The translations under genes and the position numbers were made by a program. Shown in pieces: positions 61,579-64,000 of a stretch of 64,000 nucleotides of DNA (its first letter is position 1; every line of letters starts with the position of its first letter). The notes below the pieces were generated by a model. It did not search any database and was not told the origin of the DNA. It was given only the letters and a program-made list of their open reading frames with translations. Source of the stretch: Pontimonas sp. (lineage in GTDB: Bacteria; Actinomycetota; Actinomycetes; Actinomycetales; Microbacteriaceae); NCBI GenBank assembly GCA_028096805.1, contig JAOHDU010000001.1, forward strand, positions 50,405 through 114,404, written 5' to 3'.

Positions 61579-62301
61579 CTACTGCGCGGTGGAGCCGCCA
61601 TCGATCACGAGCTCTGTTCCCGTGATGTACGAGGCATCGTCCGAGGCGAGAAAGAGCGCTCCTTGAGCGACTTCGCGCGGGGTGCCGAGACGACCCAGGG
61701 GCGTCTTCTGGATGAGATCGTCGGTGAGCGAGGTGTCCTGCGCCATCACCATCGGGGTTCCGATGATCCCTGGGTGAATAGAGTTTGACCGAATCCCCTC
61801 CGCAGCATAGGTAAGAGCGACGTTTTTGCTCAGAGACCTCACGGCAGCTTTGGACGCGGTGTAGGCGGCAACTCCGCTAGCCCCGACATAGCCCCACATG
61901 GATGATGTATGGACCATCGCTCCTGTGCCCGCCTGACGCATGGCCGGCAGGACAGCCTTAGTCCCATAAAACACCCCGTTCAGATTGAGGTCGATAATTC
62001 GATGCCAATCCTCAAAGCTGATGTCCGCAATACCGTCGTACGAACCGACAGCGCCGGCATTATTAAACAGGATGTCGATCCGGTGGTGGTCACTCAGCAC
62101 ACGCTGGACAAGCTCGTCCCACTGTTCGGGAGAAGTGACATCCATTGCCACAGTTTGGACTGAAGGATTTTCGAACGGTTCGTCAAAATCCAAGTCAACC
62201 GCATACACAATCGACCCTTCTGAGGCGAACAAATCAACCGCGGCCCGACCGATTCCTCGGGCTCCCCCGGTGATAATCGACACTTTTTCGGAAACCCGCA
62301 T
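61579..62301 (-). CDS. SDR oxidoreductase
   Basis: TGGARGIG, NNAG, YTASK, IRSNSIHPG. GAGG RBS before ATG 62301. Confidence 0.92.
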   Translation of the reverse strand: MRVSEKVSIITGGARGIGRAAVDLFASEGSIVYAVDLDFDEPFENPSVQTVAMDVTSPEQWDELVQRVLSDHHRIDILFNNAGAVGSYDGIADISFEDWHRIIDLNLNGVFYGTKAVLPAMRQAGTGAMVHTSSMWGYVGASGVAAYTASKAAVRSLSKNVALTYAAEGIRSNSIHPGIIGTPMVMAQDTSLTDDLIQKTPLGRLGTPREVAQGALFLASDDASYITGTELVIDGGSTAQ

Positions 62302-62405
62302 GAAAACCACCTCAATTTTGTCAACTGTGACACAACGAACACACATGATTCGGGACCATGATGCCGAGGAATGTTAGTCTACACAGAACACCAAAGGGGG
62401 TCTCC

Positions 62406-62813
62406 GTGACAAACTCCATCATTGTCTCCAACACCGGCGCAGCTTCCCAAGTAATCGGCGTCCACGGCGGATCAGGCTTGATGCTCTGGAAACGATTCGT
62501 CACCGGCTTGATGTTGCACGCCGCCTGGGATTCGTTCGAACACAATATTTTGGAACCCGGGGCAGCCGTCGGGGAACACGTTCACTCGCGGACTGAAGAG
62601 ATCTACTTCATCGTCTCCGGCAAGGGGATGATGAAATACAACGGCGACGAATTCGAGGTTGTCCCGGGTGACCTCATCATGACACCCCTCAACGGACGCC
62701 ACGGCATCGTCAACCACGGTAATGAGCCGCTGGAGTTTGTTGTTGTCGAAGCACTACCGCCCTCGATCGTGAGTGCGCTTCCCGATTACTCTCCGTCAGT
62801 TGCCACTGCGTAA
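62406..62813 (+). CDS. Cupin protein with intact metal site
   Basis: GEHVHSRTEEIYFIVSG and GDLIMTPLNGRHGIVN. Confidence 0.88.
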   Translation: MTNSIIVSNTGAASQVIGVHGGSGLMLWKRFVTGLMLHAAWDSFEHNILEPGAAVGEHVHSRTEEIYFIVSGKGMMKYNGDEFEVVPGDLIMTPLNGRHGIVNHGNEPLEFVVVEALPPSIVSALPDYSPSVATA

Positions 62814-62822
62814 GGATGTGAC

Positions 62823-63128
62823 ATGACCAACCCCCGCGTAAACCTCTTCACGGAAGCCGATTCTGGCATTACCGAAATCATGGACGGGCCCTGGAAAGCC
62901 ATCCAGGTCCTAAACCTGGAACCCCACTCATCGACCACTCTGACCACCCACGACGAAGAACACTCGGTGTTCACCATCGAGGGAACGGCCACAGTCTCGG
63001 AACCCGATGGGCGATCGTGGGACTTCGCTAAGGGCGACACGGTATCGCTGCCGCTCGGCGGGCAGTGCACCATCACCGCCGGACCCGAAGGATTCCGCTA
63101 TCTGATGATTTCGTTGCGGGTCGACTAA
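62823..63128 (+). CDS. Degenerate cupin-fold protein
   Basis: EHSVFTIEGTA...GDTVSLPLG. Lacks the second-motif His. AAGGA RBS. Confidence 0.7.
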   Translation: MTNPRVNLFTEADSGITEIMDGPWKAIQVLNLEPHSSTTLTTHDEEHSVFTIEGTATVSEPDGRSWDFAKGDTVSLPLGGQCTITAGPEGFRYLMISLRVD

Positions 63129-63153
63129 GAGGCCCAGCCCACGCGAGCGCCTG

Positions 63154-64000
63154 CTAGTAGGGGTTGGCGACGAAAAGCTCTTGCGCGGGGAACCGGGTCA
63201 GCACTTCCGCACCCTTCTCGGTGATAACGACCTCTTCTTCGATTCGCGCCGCAGAAACGCCGTCCGAGGCTGGGCAGTAGGTTTCCAGGGCAAACACCAT
63301 GCCAGCCTCAATCTCGACCGGTTTGGTCATCGAGTTCAGGCGCGAAATGATCGGGCGCTCGTGGAGCCCCAAGCCCAGACCATGGCCAAACTGCAGGCCA
63401 AAAGCATCCATCTCGTTGGCAAACCCAAACTCTTGGGCTTTGGGCCACAGAGCTGCAACCTCGTCGGTTCCAACACCGGGTCGGACTTTGTCGATGGCAA
63501 GGTCCATCCACTCGCGTGCCTTCCGGTAGGCATCATGCTGTGGGGTTGTTGAACTGCCCACCGAGAAGGTCCGGTAGTAGCAGGTGCGGTAGCCGTTGAA
63601 GGAGTGGATGATGTCGAAGAACGCCTGATCACCGGGACGGATGATCTTGTCGGTGAAGTTGTGCGGGTGGGGGTTACAACGCTCCCCCGACACGGCGTTG
63701 ATGGCCTCTACCTGGTCGGATCCCATTTCATACAGGCGCTTTGAGGCGAGGGCCACAATTTCGTTTTCGCGAATACCGGGCTTCAGCACGTCGACAATGT
63801 CCTGGTAGACGCCGTCCACCATCGCGGCAGCCTGCGAGAGCAACATGATCTCGTCGGGTGATTTGATAGCCCGCGCATCCAACATGTGCTGCTGAATATC
63901 AACAACCTTCAGGCCCTGGGCCTGCATTTCGAACAGGAATGCAGGCTCGACAAGGTCAACACCAATCGGGTCGTTGACGACACCCGCGTCGGTCAACATT
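63154..64000 (-). CDS. M24 (Xaa-Pro peptidase/creatinase-fold) enzyme, 5'-truncated
   Basis: ARAIKSPDEI, GHGLGLGLHE, GMVFALET, ARIEEEVVIT. Confidence 0.88.
   Translation of the reverse strand, partial: MLTDAGVVNDPIGVDLVEPAFLFEMQAQGLKVVDIQQHMLDARAIKSPDEIMLLSQAAAMVDGVYQDIVDVLKPGIRENEIVALASKRLYEMGSDQVEAINAVSGERCNPHPHNFTDKIIRPGDQAFFDIIHSFNGYRTCYYRTFSVGSSTTPQHDAYRKAREWMDLAIDKVRPGVGTDEVAALWPKAQEFGFANEMDAFGLQFGHGLGLGLHERPIISRLNSMTKPVEIEAGMVFALETYCPASDGVSAARIEEEVVITEKGAEVLTRFPAQELFVANPY

Noticed and set aside
63154-64000. Calling the M24 enzyme DMSP lyase DddP or ectoine hydrolase
   Set aside because: The motifs and gene neighbourhood do not specifically match either, and the gene is truncated.
51700-64000. 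Catabolic cluster as a mobile island
   Set aside because: No integrase, transposase, tRNA or flanking direct repeat is visible, and there is no obvious compositional shift by eye.

Overview
High-GC actinobacterial chromosome segment. Gene content, gene order and tight packing suggest a streamlined Microbacteriaceae member (inference). About 1-51 kb is mostly core genes: amt, nhaA, zapE, sulfurtransferase/SufE, rnd, fadA/fadB, dxs, acnA, dut, sepH, a convergent topoisomerase IV-type pair, rpoD, pepA-lpdA-dlaT, glnA/glnE/glnA2, nadE, panB, map, ppgK and hflX. About 51.7-64 kb holds glpD, a BudC-like SDR and a GntR-associated catabolic cluster (fused TPP E1, E2, VOC, ALDH, beta-HAD, SDR, two cupins, an atypical M24 enzyme) that runs off the window. 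The best novel candidate is at 27.4-31.0 kb. Two tandem alanine-racemase homologues have reciprocal defects (one keeps only the PLP-Lys, the other only the catalytic Tyr). They converge on a MurT ligase whose GatD partner has lost its catalytic Cys and His. This may be a heterodimeric racemase plus amino-acid ligase module that builds the group-B peptidoglycan bridge on the D-Glu alpha-carboxyl. No tRNA, rRNA, CRISPR array or mobile element was recognised. All family calls are by motif recognition, without database searches.
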